DNA of 64,000 nucleotides, taken from the NCBI RefSeq assembly GCF_963921235.1, contig NC_086114.1, positions 48,980,001 to 49,044,000 on the forward strand. The letters run 5' to 3'. This DNA is from Mobula hypostoma. Its lineage: Eukaryota. Positions 38,976-50,719 of this stretch are shown one piece after another (the first letter of the stretch is position 1; every line of letters begins with the position of its first letter). The notes under the pieces were generated by a model that had not been told where the DNA came from, did no database searches, and was given only the letters and a program-made list of their open reading frames with translations. Both the position numbers and the translations under genes were made by a program.

Positions 38976-39944
38976 GGAGGGTTGGAGTATCACAGGAACC
39001 AGCCTCCCTTCTATGGACTCTGTTTAAACCTTTCAGTGCCTCAGTTAAGCAGCCAACATAATGAAAGGCCACACCCACCCCAGTCATTCCTTCTTCTCCC
39101 CTCGCCCATTGGGCAGAAGGTACAAAAGCCTGAAAGCACGTACCACCAGGCTCACAGACAACTTCTACCTTCCTGTTATCAGACTCATGGATGGATCTCT
39201 TGTAAAATAAAATGGACTCTCGGCCTCACAATCTACCTCGTTATGATCTTGCACCTTATTGTTTACCTGCTCTTCCGTTGCAGCTTCTACACTTTATTCT
39301 GCATTGTTAATATTTCACCTTATGCACGCTGCAATGATGTGATCAGTATAAACAGTGTGAAAGGCAAGCTTTTCACTGTATCTGGGTGCATGTAACAATA
39401 ACAAAACAATACTAATACCAATAATTTATGCATACTCAGCACAATCTTGATGAGCCTTTCCAACACTCTGTTTTTCTTTATATCAGGTTTGTGGCAAGGA
39501 AATAATCCTCAAAGTTCCTTCTTAATTTTTATCTGCCCTCTCCTAAACTCCATCACAGCCAATTAAAATCTATCCTGAAGACCTCTTTAATATCTGATAA
39601 TACAGGCTATCCCCCACTAACAATTCTGATTTTACTCATGTCCTTAGGTCGATTGTCTCTGTAAGTCCAAGAGTAAACAATAATCTCTCCAGCTCTACAA
39701 TATTATCACGAATGACATAAAAGGGACATAATCAGAATCAGGCTTGAAATCACCAGCATATGTTGTGAGATTTGTTAACAGTGGCAGCAGTACAATGCAA
39801 GACATGATAATATAGAACAATTAAGTAAATAAATTACAATAAGTATATACTGTATATGTATATTAAATAGTTACATTTAAAATAGTGCAAAAACAGAAAC
39901 AATAAATACTGATAAGAAATAGGAACTACGAAAAGTGTACTAAA

Positions 39945-40330
39945 GTGGGGGAGGGGCAAGCAAGAGAGAGTGAGAGAGAGAGAGAGAGGGAGGGAGAGAG
40001 CACAAGAGGGTGAGTGAGACAGGGAGTAAGAGATAAGAGAGAGGGAGACCGAGGGAGAAGAGAATAGGAGAGCAAGGAAGGGAGAAAGATGGAGGGAGAG
40101 GGGGCGAGGGAGGGAGAGGGAGAGAGAGCAAGAGGGAAAAAGAGAGGGAAAGAGGAAGGGAGAGGGAGAGGGAGTGAGAGCGAGAGGGAGAGGGACAGAG
40201 GGAGGGAGGGAGTGGGAAGGGAAGAGGGAAGGAGACAGGGAGAGGGAAGGAGAGGGAGGGAGTGAGAAGGAGCAGGAAATGGGGAGGGAGAGAGGGAGAC
40301 ATAGAGGGAGGGAGAGACAGAGGGAGCGAG
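39945..40330. repeat. Polypurine (GA-rich) low-complexity tract
   Basis: About 380 bp, almost only G/A on the plus strand. Confidence 0.9.
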
Positions 40331-41814
40331 GAATCTATTTCAGCCATAGCAGAAACAAACATACATATTAACATTGGAATTCCAAATTTCATGATATTAT
40401 GGAAGATCACTTATACGCAGCATGCCAAGAAATTGGGTGCTTGTAACCCACAGAAGAACACAGACCAGTATTAAAGTCTCAGCTCATAAGTGTACCAATT
40501 GCATTGTTGTTTCTTTAAGGAAAGCAAATACTTTAAGTACCAAACATTAATGCTGATCACACAGATAGCCAGCTCAGGAATAGTTGCTGGTTAGGTTCCT
40601 GCTAACAAAGGTTATTTGCCTCCATACTGGACCTCCTGCTCTTTTGGACCATGTTCTACTTTTCTCTTCTGAAGAGAGACATTCATTAGTTTAATAATTA
40701 ATGTAAACGAAAGCATTTAACCACCACCCCCCCCACATCATTTTGTCTTCCAATCTTATGCCAGCTTCCTGACAAGAGCTTGTAATGGAAAATCCTTCAC
40801 GAAACCCCAATATCACCTGCCACAGTGATGAGAAGCGACCTGCTTGCTGGAACTCTGTCAATAAATAAATCACAACAGGGAAGCAGACACATTTTCCGCA
40901 GGGAAATGAGCTATATAGAGAGGGTAGACAACATTGGGCTGTTTTCTCCGAAGTGTAGAGGCTAAAGGAAGAATTGTTTATAAAATTGCAGGAAGCATAG
41001 ATTGGGTGGACTCTCAGAATCTTTTTCACAAGATACGGGAGAATATTCATTAAAAGCAAGGGAGCAAAAGCTTAAAACAGATGTGCAGGGTAAAGTTTTA
41101 TTTACACTGAGAGTAGTAGGTGCCTCGTTCCTTACAGTTATTATAGCCGGGGTGGTAATGGGGATAAACTCTCACTACCCATTAAATGCTCCCAGTGGCA
41201 TGTGTGCCAAAGAGCCTCTGACAACCAAGTCCAGCCCCGGACTTCACACGTGTGGCTCAGCTGCTAAGCCCAGCAGAAACATTTCTACTGACAGAAGTGT
41301 AGTGTATTTAATATTTCAGTAATATTTGAGTACTATTGTAAATATATGGTTAATTAAGCATTCTTTGTTTACATAATTTATTACAATTTATATTTTAGAA
41401 GTAGGTGAATGGCACGTGTCATTACGCCACTATGTCATTAGTGTGCACCTGCTAAACGTAAAGGCAAAGAGTACATGTTTGTCCCAGTCTCCCCATGTTT
41501 ATCTTTCTATTAGTTTCATGTTTTGGGGTGAATTGTCAGAGAAGAAAGATGTCAGAACCACTTCCCGCAGGCCAAGAGTCAACTCCTACAACCACCATGA
41601 AGAACACCCCATAACCAGGGATTACTTCACAGCCAGAAGTCTCACCTACCAAGCAGAGTGACCCCCTCAATGCCCCCCCACCCCAGTCAGCAAAGACAGG
41701 AAAGACATTATCCTGCAAGAGTAAGAAATACTCCACAGCGACTAAACCTTAAGGCCTGATTGGGACAATTTAAAATTTATTATGCTGTGGATATAGTAGT
41801 TATATTATATAGTG

Positions 41815-41818
<4 letters not shown>

Positions 41819-41862
<44 letters not shown>
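41819..41862. repeat. (GT)22 microsatellite
   Basis: Direct read. Confidence 0.95.
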
Positions 41863-41864
<2 letters not shown>

Positions 41865-42450
41865 ATGTAAGAGCGCGAAGGAACATCTGGAGAAACTTCT
41901 GAAATGCCCGCTTTGCTGCCGCTGCTACTGTGTGGTCTGGAATCTCCAGAGGAGTAGGCCTCTGAGTCCTCGGCTTTGCTTGTTTTGGCGGCCGGGACGG
42001 GGTCGAAGGCGCTCGGCAGAGGATGGCGCTGGGGAGACTGTATCGGAAGGGCTGGTCGGAGGCTCGAAGTTTTCGGATGCACTCAGTCGGCTGTGGTCGG
42101 GTGCTTCCAATGCATCAGCAGTTGTCAGTTGTCGGAGCCTGGAGGTTTATGGCAGGGGAGCTTCTCCCTTTTTGCCGCCTGCTATCAGGGACTATAGGAG
42201 TCCATCGGGACTTGAGACTTCTTTTTTTACCATGCCCATGGTCTGTTCTTTATCAAATTATGGGATTGTTTTGCACTGCTGTAACTATATGTTATAATTA
42301 TGTGGTTCTGTCAGTGTTAGTCTTTGGTTTGTCATCTTTTTGTGTGATATCACTCTGGAGGAACATTATATCATTTCTTAATGCATGCATGCATTTCTAA
42401 ATGACAATAAATGAGGACTAAGTGCCCTCATAATCTAATCTAATCTAATA
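41863..42450 (+). mobile_element. GC-rich SINE/LINE-3'-like retroposon ending in an (ATCTA)n tail
   Basis: AATAAA followed by taatctaatctaatctaa; family not identified. Confidence 0.55.
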
Positions 42451-45400
42451 CACACACAGTATCAAACAGTATATATAAGATGACTACAGAGTGACACATT
42501 ACATATTTGAGTTGAGATGCATTCTGTATTGAGTTGGAGTTTATAGCAAAGCAGGGAGGAGTATAGTGTATTTACTATTTCAGTGATATTTGAGTAATAT
42601 TGTAAACATATTATTTCAATAAGCATGCTTTGTTTAGATAATTCATTGTGGTTTATATGTAAAAGTATGTGAACAGCGTAAGTCATTATGACACCAGGTC
42701 ATATGTGAGACCCTCACGAAAAGAAAACTAAGAACGGGAGTATCCCTGGCTCCTGTGCTTCTCCTTTGATTGGTTTATGGAGTGACATGACAAGGAGAGA
42801 GGGCAAAGGCAGGTTACGGGTGCCTTAAAACCAGCCGCTTCAGGCAGATGGGGCTCGTCAGCCACAGTTGGCAGCTCAGCTAGGAGAAGGAAAACTCATC
42901 TCAAACTCAACTCCTCTCAAACCTCCACTGCCTTGTTGAGTTCAACACTAACTGGCAACTTCTGCGACGCTGTCGGTACCAAAATGTATCGTTCCCTGCC
43001 ATTCCTCAGCTGCATGGAGAGGGGGAGCCTGCTGCTTGGGCAATGTTGTGTGTGAGTGAAGTCACTGGTGAAAAGTACTGATAGATACGAAGCAGTCCCT
43101 TTATTGGAGAAAATATCACAATACGCTGACAGCCTTCGGAAGTGGGGGAGAGGGGGATGGGGAGGAAGGGAGAAGGAGAGAGAGGGAGAGGGAAAGGGGG
43201 AGAGAGAGGGAGAGAGGGAGACAGACAGACAGACAGACAGAGACTGACTGATGTTCGGAGCAAGAGGTCTGCTTGACCCAACACCGCATTAAACTTATTT
43301 GCTAGAAATCAAAGTAAAATTTGGGCCAATTCAAACAAATCCATATTTACAATGCTTCCTTTGAACTACATGTAATAGTTTCAAATGCCTGGATCTCCCC
43401 ACCTTCCTGGTCACACCTATATTGTGGACACTTAAAGACACACAAGTAACAAATTTAAATAAGTATGCCTGTTCTCTTCTTAACTTGGTTCACGGTTCTT
43501 AGGAATCCCTTGTTCAGGGCTGCATTTTAGACTTAATCCACAATTCATATTCAAATCTAAAGGCTAGTGGCTGACATCTGTTAAGGTTATGTGCTACATG
43601 TCCCAACCCCAAAGATCATTCTAACAGGCAACAGCTTGCTCTCCATAACATACTGCCCTGGCTTGAGTACTGGTTTGTGTAGACAACTTGGATGCAACTT
43701 TCCTGTTTGAACTTATCGATGAAGAACCTTCGGTAGGTGCCTGAAAAGGGTTGCCGGGGTAGTGGTGGAAACAGATACGATAGTGATGTTTATGTGGCTG
43801 TTAGATAGACATATGTATAAGCAGGAAATGGATCATGTGGAGGCAGAAGGGATTTAGTCCAATTCAACGGGGTGGTCAGCATAGACATTGTGGGCCGAAG
43901 AGCCTGTTGCAGTGCTGTATTGTTATGTTCTAGGACAGCTGACTCTTAGAAATTATAAGCAACCCACACAAAATGCCAGAGAAACTCAGCAGATCAGGCA
44001 GTGTCTACATAGATGTTGCTTAAGATTTCCTGCATCTGCAGAATCTCCTGTGTCTCCTACAAATTATAACTAGGCTGATCTTCCAGCATGGTACTAAAGG
44101 AGCATGACTGCTTTTTTTAAAGCTGGCACCTTTCAGAGGAGGAATTGAACTGAGGTCCCATTTCTCACTTGGATGCAAAAGGTTCCATGGTATTCTTGAT
44201 TCTTGAAGAATCACAAAGAAGTTGCTCCTGCTGCCATTGTGGCACAGTGATCAGCCTAGTAGAACCACTGCTTCACAGCTCCAGAAACTCATGCTCAATC
44301 TGAGCAAAAGGTGCGTGTTCTCCATGTGACCACATAGGTTTCCTTCAAGTGCTTGTTTCCTCGTGTATCTCAAAGACACACTGATTGACAGGTTAATTAG
44401 TCAGTATAAACTGTTTCCATGTATAGGAGGCAAGTGGTAGAATCTTGGGGGGGGGCAGCGAGGTCATGCAAGAAGAATGAAACAAAAAGTGATGCAAACA
44501 GTTGCTTGATGGTCAGCACAAAGTGGAATGGGTTAGAACTAACTGGATGGGTTAATTGGGTGACAGAAAAATGGAGGGTTATGCAAGAGGGAAGAATTAG
44601 ATTTATCTTGGAGTAGGTTAAAAGGTTGGTACAACATTGTGGGCCGAATACATTGGGCTTCCGTGTTCCTCTCCCAGAACACCACACAGAGTGGCATGAT
44701 GGAACAGCAGTCAGTGCTCTGGAGAACAGGGTTCGATTCTGGCCTCAGGTGCTGTCTGCCTGTAGGTGGCATGTTCTCACTGTGATCCACATGGGTATAT
44801 ATGTCACCAAAGATTCTTGCAAATATCTACAGATGTTCAGTGGAGAGCATTCTGACTGGGCTCTTCACCACCTGGTATGGAGACCCCACTGTGCAGGATC
44901 ATAAGAGCTACAGAGAGTTGTAAGTTCAGCCAGCTCTGTCACAAATACAAGCCTCCCCACCATCAAGGACATATTATATAGGCGGTGCCTCAAGATGGCA
45001 GCATCCCTCACTAAGAACCCTCACTATCCAGAAAATACCCTCTTCTCAATACTATTGTCAGGGAAGAGATTCAGGAACCTGAAAACCACTCAACATTTTA
45101 GCAACAGCTTCTTCCTCTCTGCTACTGGATTTCTGAACAGTTCATGAACCCATGGACGCTATTTCGTTATTCCTCTTTTGCTTTTTTTTTGGTAACTGGG
45201 TAATTTTTTCATGTCTTACATTGTACTGCTAACATAAAACAATGAATTTCACTACATATTTTAATGATAATAAACGTGACGCTGATCTTCCCAGTTAGGT
45301 TAGGCTCTAATGTGCAACATCATAGGCTGCCAAGACTGAACGGTAGGTCACTGAGGAGGGGGGTAGAACAGAGGGATATGGGAATACAGATCCATCGTTC

Positions 45401-47084
45401 CTTGAAAGTGCTGTCACACTAGATCGGGTCATGAGGGGAGCTTTTGGCATGCTGGCCTTCATAAATCAAAATACTGAGTACAGGCATTGGGATGTTATTT
45501 TGAAGTCATGTAAGACATTGGTGAGGCCTAATTTTGAATATTGTGTACAGTTTTCATCACGTGCCTACAGGAAATATGTATGACTCTGGAATTACTTTGA
45601 AAACATTGAGTTGGCCACTCTGAAGAGCCCTGTGTGCATTTCTGGTCACCTCACTGTGGGAAGAATGTGATGGCACTATAGAAAATGCAGAACGGGGTTA
45701 AACTAAAATGCTGCCGGATTTGGAGAACTTGAGTTATGGGGAGAGATTAGATAGGCTGGACTTGTTTTCCCTGAAGTGAAGGAAGCTGAGGGCTGCCATG
45801 ATATACAAGATTATGAGCGGGCAAGATAGAGGGGATATTCAGAAGCCTTTTTCCCATGGCATGGAAGCCAAAAACGAGAGGGCACCGGTTTAAGGTGAGA
45901 AGACGGAGTTTTAAAGGGATCTGAGAGTCAGTTCTTTTTCACAGACAGTAGTTGATACCTGACACATACCAACAGAGGAGGTAGTAGCATTAGATAAAGA
46001 AATGCTTCAGGGGAATTAGACAGACATGCAAATAGGTAAGGTGCAGAAGGATATGGTCTCAATGCCAGCAGGTGTTATTAGCATAGTTGGCAAAAAAGAC
46101 TGGCGTATACGCAATAGCCCCAAGAGCCTGTTTCTGTGCTGTACAGCTCCATGGCCATAACTTACAGTTAATAAAAGAAATCAGAACAGGTTGGTTCTGC
46201 GAGTTCACAATGAGCTTGTGTAAAACAATGAATGCTTCATAGACTCCAATAATAGAAAATGCATGTTCTTCTGTAAACTCGACCTGAAGGTGTTGGGGAA
46301 GAGCCCAGTTGGAACATGATAAATCCAGGGCTTGTGACATCAAGCAAGATATACATAGGCCACATTTTTTTCCATTGGGAGCAAAGAAAATTAGAACTAC
46401 AATCGCACATTGCAGAACAGTAGAGCACAATGCAAATGGAAGTTGATTTGTTAACTTGGTCTGTGAGGTGTAAGATTAAAAAGCATCACAAATGACATAA
46501 GACGAGAAAGAATTACTCCCTGTGGAATGGAAGATGTGTACAGAACAGACAACCGGCAAACTCCAGTTAATAGCACAAAGAAAACAGCCGGCAAAACATC
46601 TGCTCAGGAATGCATCTGAGACCTTTAAAGATAAATAGCCTTCGCGGACAGAATTCTCAGTATAACATAGTTTCATTCACTGAACAATACAAACATCATT
46701 AAAGTTAAGCCTGAGTAATGTACCATGAATAGTGGGAGCTATAATTTCATTCTTGAACCACCCTGCACAGCACTAATCACTACATTAGTATAGCAATACC
46801 ATGATCACTTTGTAGTACAATGGACTTGATAAATTATATCCTTTCTTATAAAACTTGTGTAAAGTTTAATCTTTATCTTTTTCTTGTCAATATTGTATAT
46901 CTGATGTTATATACCTGCGATGCTGCTGCCAGTTGGATTTATCATTGCACCTCCTGTAGTTATGCATACAACATTAAACTCAACTTTGACCTTGAAGCAA
47001 CATCTATTTCACAAGTCTAGTACTGATGCAAGCACATTTTATATTGGTGTAAAAATAACAGAGAGACCAGTTGAAAATTCAGCT

Positions 47085-47216
47085 GACCAAGTCCTGACGA
47101 AGGGTCTCGGCCTGAAACCTCGACTGCACCTCTTCCTAGAGATGCTGCCTGGCCTGCTGCGTTCACCAGCAACTTTGATGTGTGTTGCTTGAATTTCCAG
47201 CATCTGCAGAATTCCT
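47085..47216 (+). mobile_element. 132-bp Penelope-like mini-insertion with near-intact hammerhead (47090-47125)
   Basis: 15-bp TSD GTTGAAAATTCAGCT (47070-47084, 47217-47231); AGTC-CTGACGA-AGGGTCTCGGCCT-GAAAC-CTC-GACT (GUC changed to CUC). Confidence 0.8.
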
Positions 47217-47919
47217 GTTGAAAATTCAGCTCTGCTCTTTCTGTGCATTGATTCTCAAACCACCTTGCAGTCAACCCTGGATGGTTATCTGGATAACAGA
47301 ACTAGGCATAGATTATGAAGGAAATGTCAACAGATCAGGCAGCATCTGTGGAAGAGGGGTCAGTTACTCCATATCGTGCTAAGTGTACTGTTTTAATGTA
47401 TAGCTAACTTTAACCCTTACTCTGCCATCTGGTTAAATTTTGGGCTCAAAACTCAGCTGCAGGGTTTGAATGTGGAAACACTTATCTCTGAAGGCAGAGC
47501 ACTACTCAATGAGCCAGAGGTAACCACAAATACATTGACCCCAGCCCTCCTGCAGTCAGCTTACTCCAATGGCTCAAAGTTCCAAGTCAAGTCCGGCTTG
47601 TGTGGTACAGGTGCTGCAAGTCATCGGACTGCAAGACCCTACAGAGAGTAAAAACTATTGAGTGGATCATCGGGGCCTCCCTCCCCCTATCTGTGACACA
47701 TACTGAGCATTGCTGACAAAGGGGCCAAAACATTGCTGAGGATCCCTACCACCTATCGCGCAACCTCTCTGACCCACTACCATTAAGAAGAAGGTGCAGA
47801 AGCATCAGGACTAGGACTGCCAGACTGGGTAACAGCTTCTTCCCTTGGGCTGTGTGACCCTGCCACCACCTACAAAAAGTCCAAGTATAAACTACGGAAG
47901 GCCATCGTGAGAGTGAAAC

Positions 47920-48332
47920 TGTCACAACTGCGGATTCAGCAGTGCAGTAGATACGGCAATTGCGCTTGTAAATCTGCATGTGTCAGCTAATTATTATTTA
48001 ATCATGGTAGTAATTAACTCCATGCTTGTCAAGAATTGGACAGAGCATAGCAATGCTTTGCTGCCTTTTGCTTTCGGCCATTCCCTGAGAAAAATTGGAC
48101 TTTCGAATCAACTGACTCTGAAGACTAGCGGTATCCGTTTAATGTTTAGATTTTCTTTTCAGCTGCAGTGTAGGCTTCATTTTCCATTTGACAGTTTTAG
48201 TTAATGGCCCTATTTGGCCTAGCATTTATTGTTTATTTTCCCTTTAACAGTGTTCGCACTAAAGTTTGTGAACTATCGACCTGCTTCAGTGTCTGTTACT
48301 CCACACTTGGGCCATATCCGAATCTGGTAAAA
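47920..48332 (+). mobile_element. Solo LTR (413 bp)
   Basis: TGTCA start, cacttgggcc near the 3' end, decayed terminus gtaaaa; perfect 5-bp TSD GAAAC (47915-47919, 48333-48337). The host rejoins as gagagtgaaacggcaattcc. Confidence 0.7.
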
Positions 48333-48924
48333 GAAACGGCAATTCCCTGTGAAGTCAAAGAAAAATTGGATGCATGACAGCTGTGGCAGGGTTTGCATGC
48401 TATTATTTTCTACAATACGAATTCCAACAGTATAAATGGTTGTGATGCTTCACTCCCAGATGCCTCTTATGCAAACTTTGAAAGGGAGAGTAACACTACA
48501 CCTGTGCGAATCCCACAGAATCTAGCGAACCTGTGATTTCTGCCTCAGAAGTCAACATCAAGAGGATGGTGTCAGGCCCTGATGGTGTAGGAATGTTCAA
48601 GGGCACTTTCACCTTCTCACTGTTGTAATTAGAGGTTGCTTCTGAAGTACATCAACCATTCTGGTACCCAAGAAGAGCAGGAGGAGCTGCCTCAATTACT
48701 ATCACCCAGTAGCACAAACATCTACTGTGATAAAACGTATCGAGAGAGTAATCATGGCTAGAATTATCTCCTGCCCGAGGAAGGACCTGGACCCAATGCA
48801 ATTTGCCTATTACCTCAACAGGTTGACAGCGGATGTGATGTCACTGGCTCTCCACTTGGCTTGCAGACTCTGGACACAGCAATACATACGTCAAACTGCT
48901 GTTCATCAATTACAGCTTGGCTTT

Positions 48925-49761
48925 TGTTACATACCCCGTAACTGGGTTGCCAAACCAGCAGAAATGGAATGCTCATTGGAGTCTGGATTACTAGGAACTA
49001 ATAAAGTTTTATTAAAGAAATAAGTAATACAGTACTCTAATCGTAAGGATATAAATGTTACAGGTTAGCAATGATAATGCACACATATACACAGAACTAG
49101 GGTAATAGGAATCAACCAAGCTCTACCGCAGTCTAGGGGTAAAATGATCAGTCTCAAGTGACGCAGAGTTCAGTTCAGTTTAGTGCAGTTCGCAGTAATC
49201 GCTGTTGTCGTACCGTTGGGGAGAGAGAGAGAGATGCAATTTGGTTTCAGGCAGACCTTTTGGATGTCTTTGCAGTTGGTTTCAGGCAGACCCTTTGATG
49301 TCTTCTATCCGGCTGTGGTCACTGACTGTGACCCCTCCGTTCTGGATACGATCGTTCTTCCATGGTGAACCCGGCACCCAGGCAAGGGTGGACACACACC
49401 CCAGGTTCCCACCGATCGTACCTTTACACCTTGTAAGCCTCTGGTCGGTTCCCGCGAACCGGTCCTCCAAACTCCCACCAACTTGTGAGGGCACACTGCT
49501 CTTTCCAGGGTCTCATGGCATGTGTGCCCCGTGCCTTAGCAAACCTGCTCTTTTTATCCCCCTGCTGGGGTATCACCTGTCCATCAAACTTCAAACAGTT
49601 CAGGTTCAAAGCAACCGGTCTGTCAATAGCTGAATTGTGTTTCTTTCCTGTTAATCCCTCCCTTCTCTCTCATTAGCATTTTGAATGTTTCTCCATTGTC
49701 TTTCTTATCTCTCTCATTAGCATCATCCATCCGGTACCTCTGCTGGGCGTCACATCTGACA
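48925..49761 (-). mobile_element. Solo LTR (837 bp) related to the 54243 element
   Basis: Minus strand TGTCA...GTAACA; TSD CTTT (48921-48924, 49762-49765). The terminal ~45 nt (catttctgctggtttggcaacccagttacggggta.gtaaca) are nearly identical to the big element's LTR end. Inserted in a Rex-like RT fragment. Confidence 0.9.
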
Positions 49762-50509
49762 CTTTCAACACAACCATCCCCTCAATACTAATCAATGAGT
49801 TTCATAACCTGGGCTTCTCTATCTTCCTTTGCAACTGGATCGTCATCAGGTGACCATAGTCAGTGCAGATCGGTAATAACATCCCCTCTGCTCTGACAAT
49901 CAATATCAGAGCACCTCAAGGTTGTGTGCATAGCCCACTGCTCCACTCACTCTACAGTTATGACTAATCTCTGTGTGGCTAGGCATTGCCGAAAGACCAT
50001 CTATAAATTCACCAACAGCAACATTATTGGCAGAATCTCAGATCACGATAAGGAGGTGCACAGGAGTGAGACAGATTGGTGAGTTGAGTGGTGTTACAAC
50101 AACAACCTTGCACACCACATCAGCAAGACCAGGGAATTGACTGTGGACTTCAGGAAGGGGAAGTCAGTAGAAGACCCACCAATCCTCATTGAGGGGTCAG
50201 CGATGGAAAGGGTGAGAAGGGTCAAGTTCCTGGGTGTCAACATCTCAGAGGATCTACTCTGAACCCAAGCACACTGACAAAAGCACAAAGGAGGCACACC
50301 AGCAGCGATAACTAATTATGAGTTTGAGGAGTTTTGGTATGTCACCAAACACTTTTGCAAATTTCTACAGATAGACCATGGAGAGCATTCTGACTGGTTG
50401 CATCACCCTCTGGAATGAAGGCACCAATGTGTAGGATTAAAAGAGACTGCGTAGGGCATAGCCCTCCCTCCATTGAGGGCATCTTCAAAAGTCAATGCTT
50501 CAAGAAGGT

Positions 50510-50719
50510 AACACACATAAAAGTTGCTGGTGAACGCAGCAGGCCAGGCAGCATCTCTAGGAAGAGGTGCAGTCGACTTTTGAGGCCGAGACGAAGGCTC
50601 TCGGCATGAAATGTCGACTGCACCTCTTCCTAGAGATGCTGCCTGGCCTGCTGCGTTCACCAGCAACATTTATGTGTGTTGCTTGAATTTCCAGCATCTG
50701 CAGAATTCCTGTTGTTTGC
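50510..50719. mobile_element. 210-bp fold-back Penelope-like insertion
   Basis: 68-bp inverted arms 50510-50577 and 50613-50680 with 1 mismatch; 13-bp TSD GCTTCAAGAAGGT (50497-50509, 50720-50732); junction lies inside the hammerhead core. Confidence 0.85.

Larger units (their letters stand above)
41298..42792 (+). mobile_element. Old, heavily deleted Gypsy element with two short diverged LTRs (TRIM-like)
   Basis: Direct repeats at 41298-~41537 and 42562-42792; PPT aaagcagggaggag (42548-42561); IN C-terminal-like YPARVRNTPQRLNL near 41710-41750; TSD agaag/aggag. Interrupted by (GT)n and a SINE-like insertion. Confidence 0.6.

Noticed and set aside
39940-40410. 156-aa minus ORF with a hydrophobic start
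   Set aside because: Mostly the CT-rich tract. The gtatgt donor in it would create TGA when joined to the IgV exon.
40416-40504. Signal-peptide-like MQLVHL*AETLILVCVLLWVTSTQFLG as the CD276 leader exon
   Set aside because: In-frame TGA and no credible phase-1 GT donor; the leader exon remains unlocated.
47421-47456. 36-nt minus exon candidate containing ATG GCA GA|gtaagg
   Set aside because: No supportable downstream exon giving a signal peptide; could be chance.
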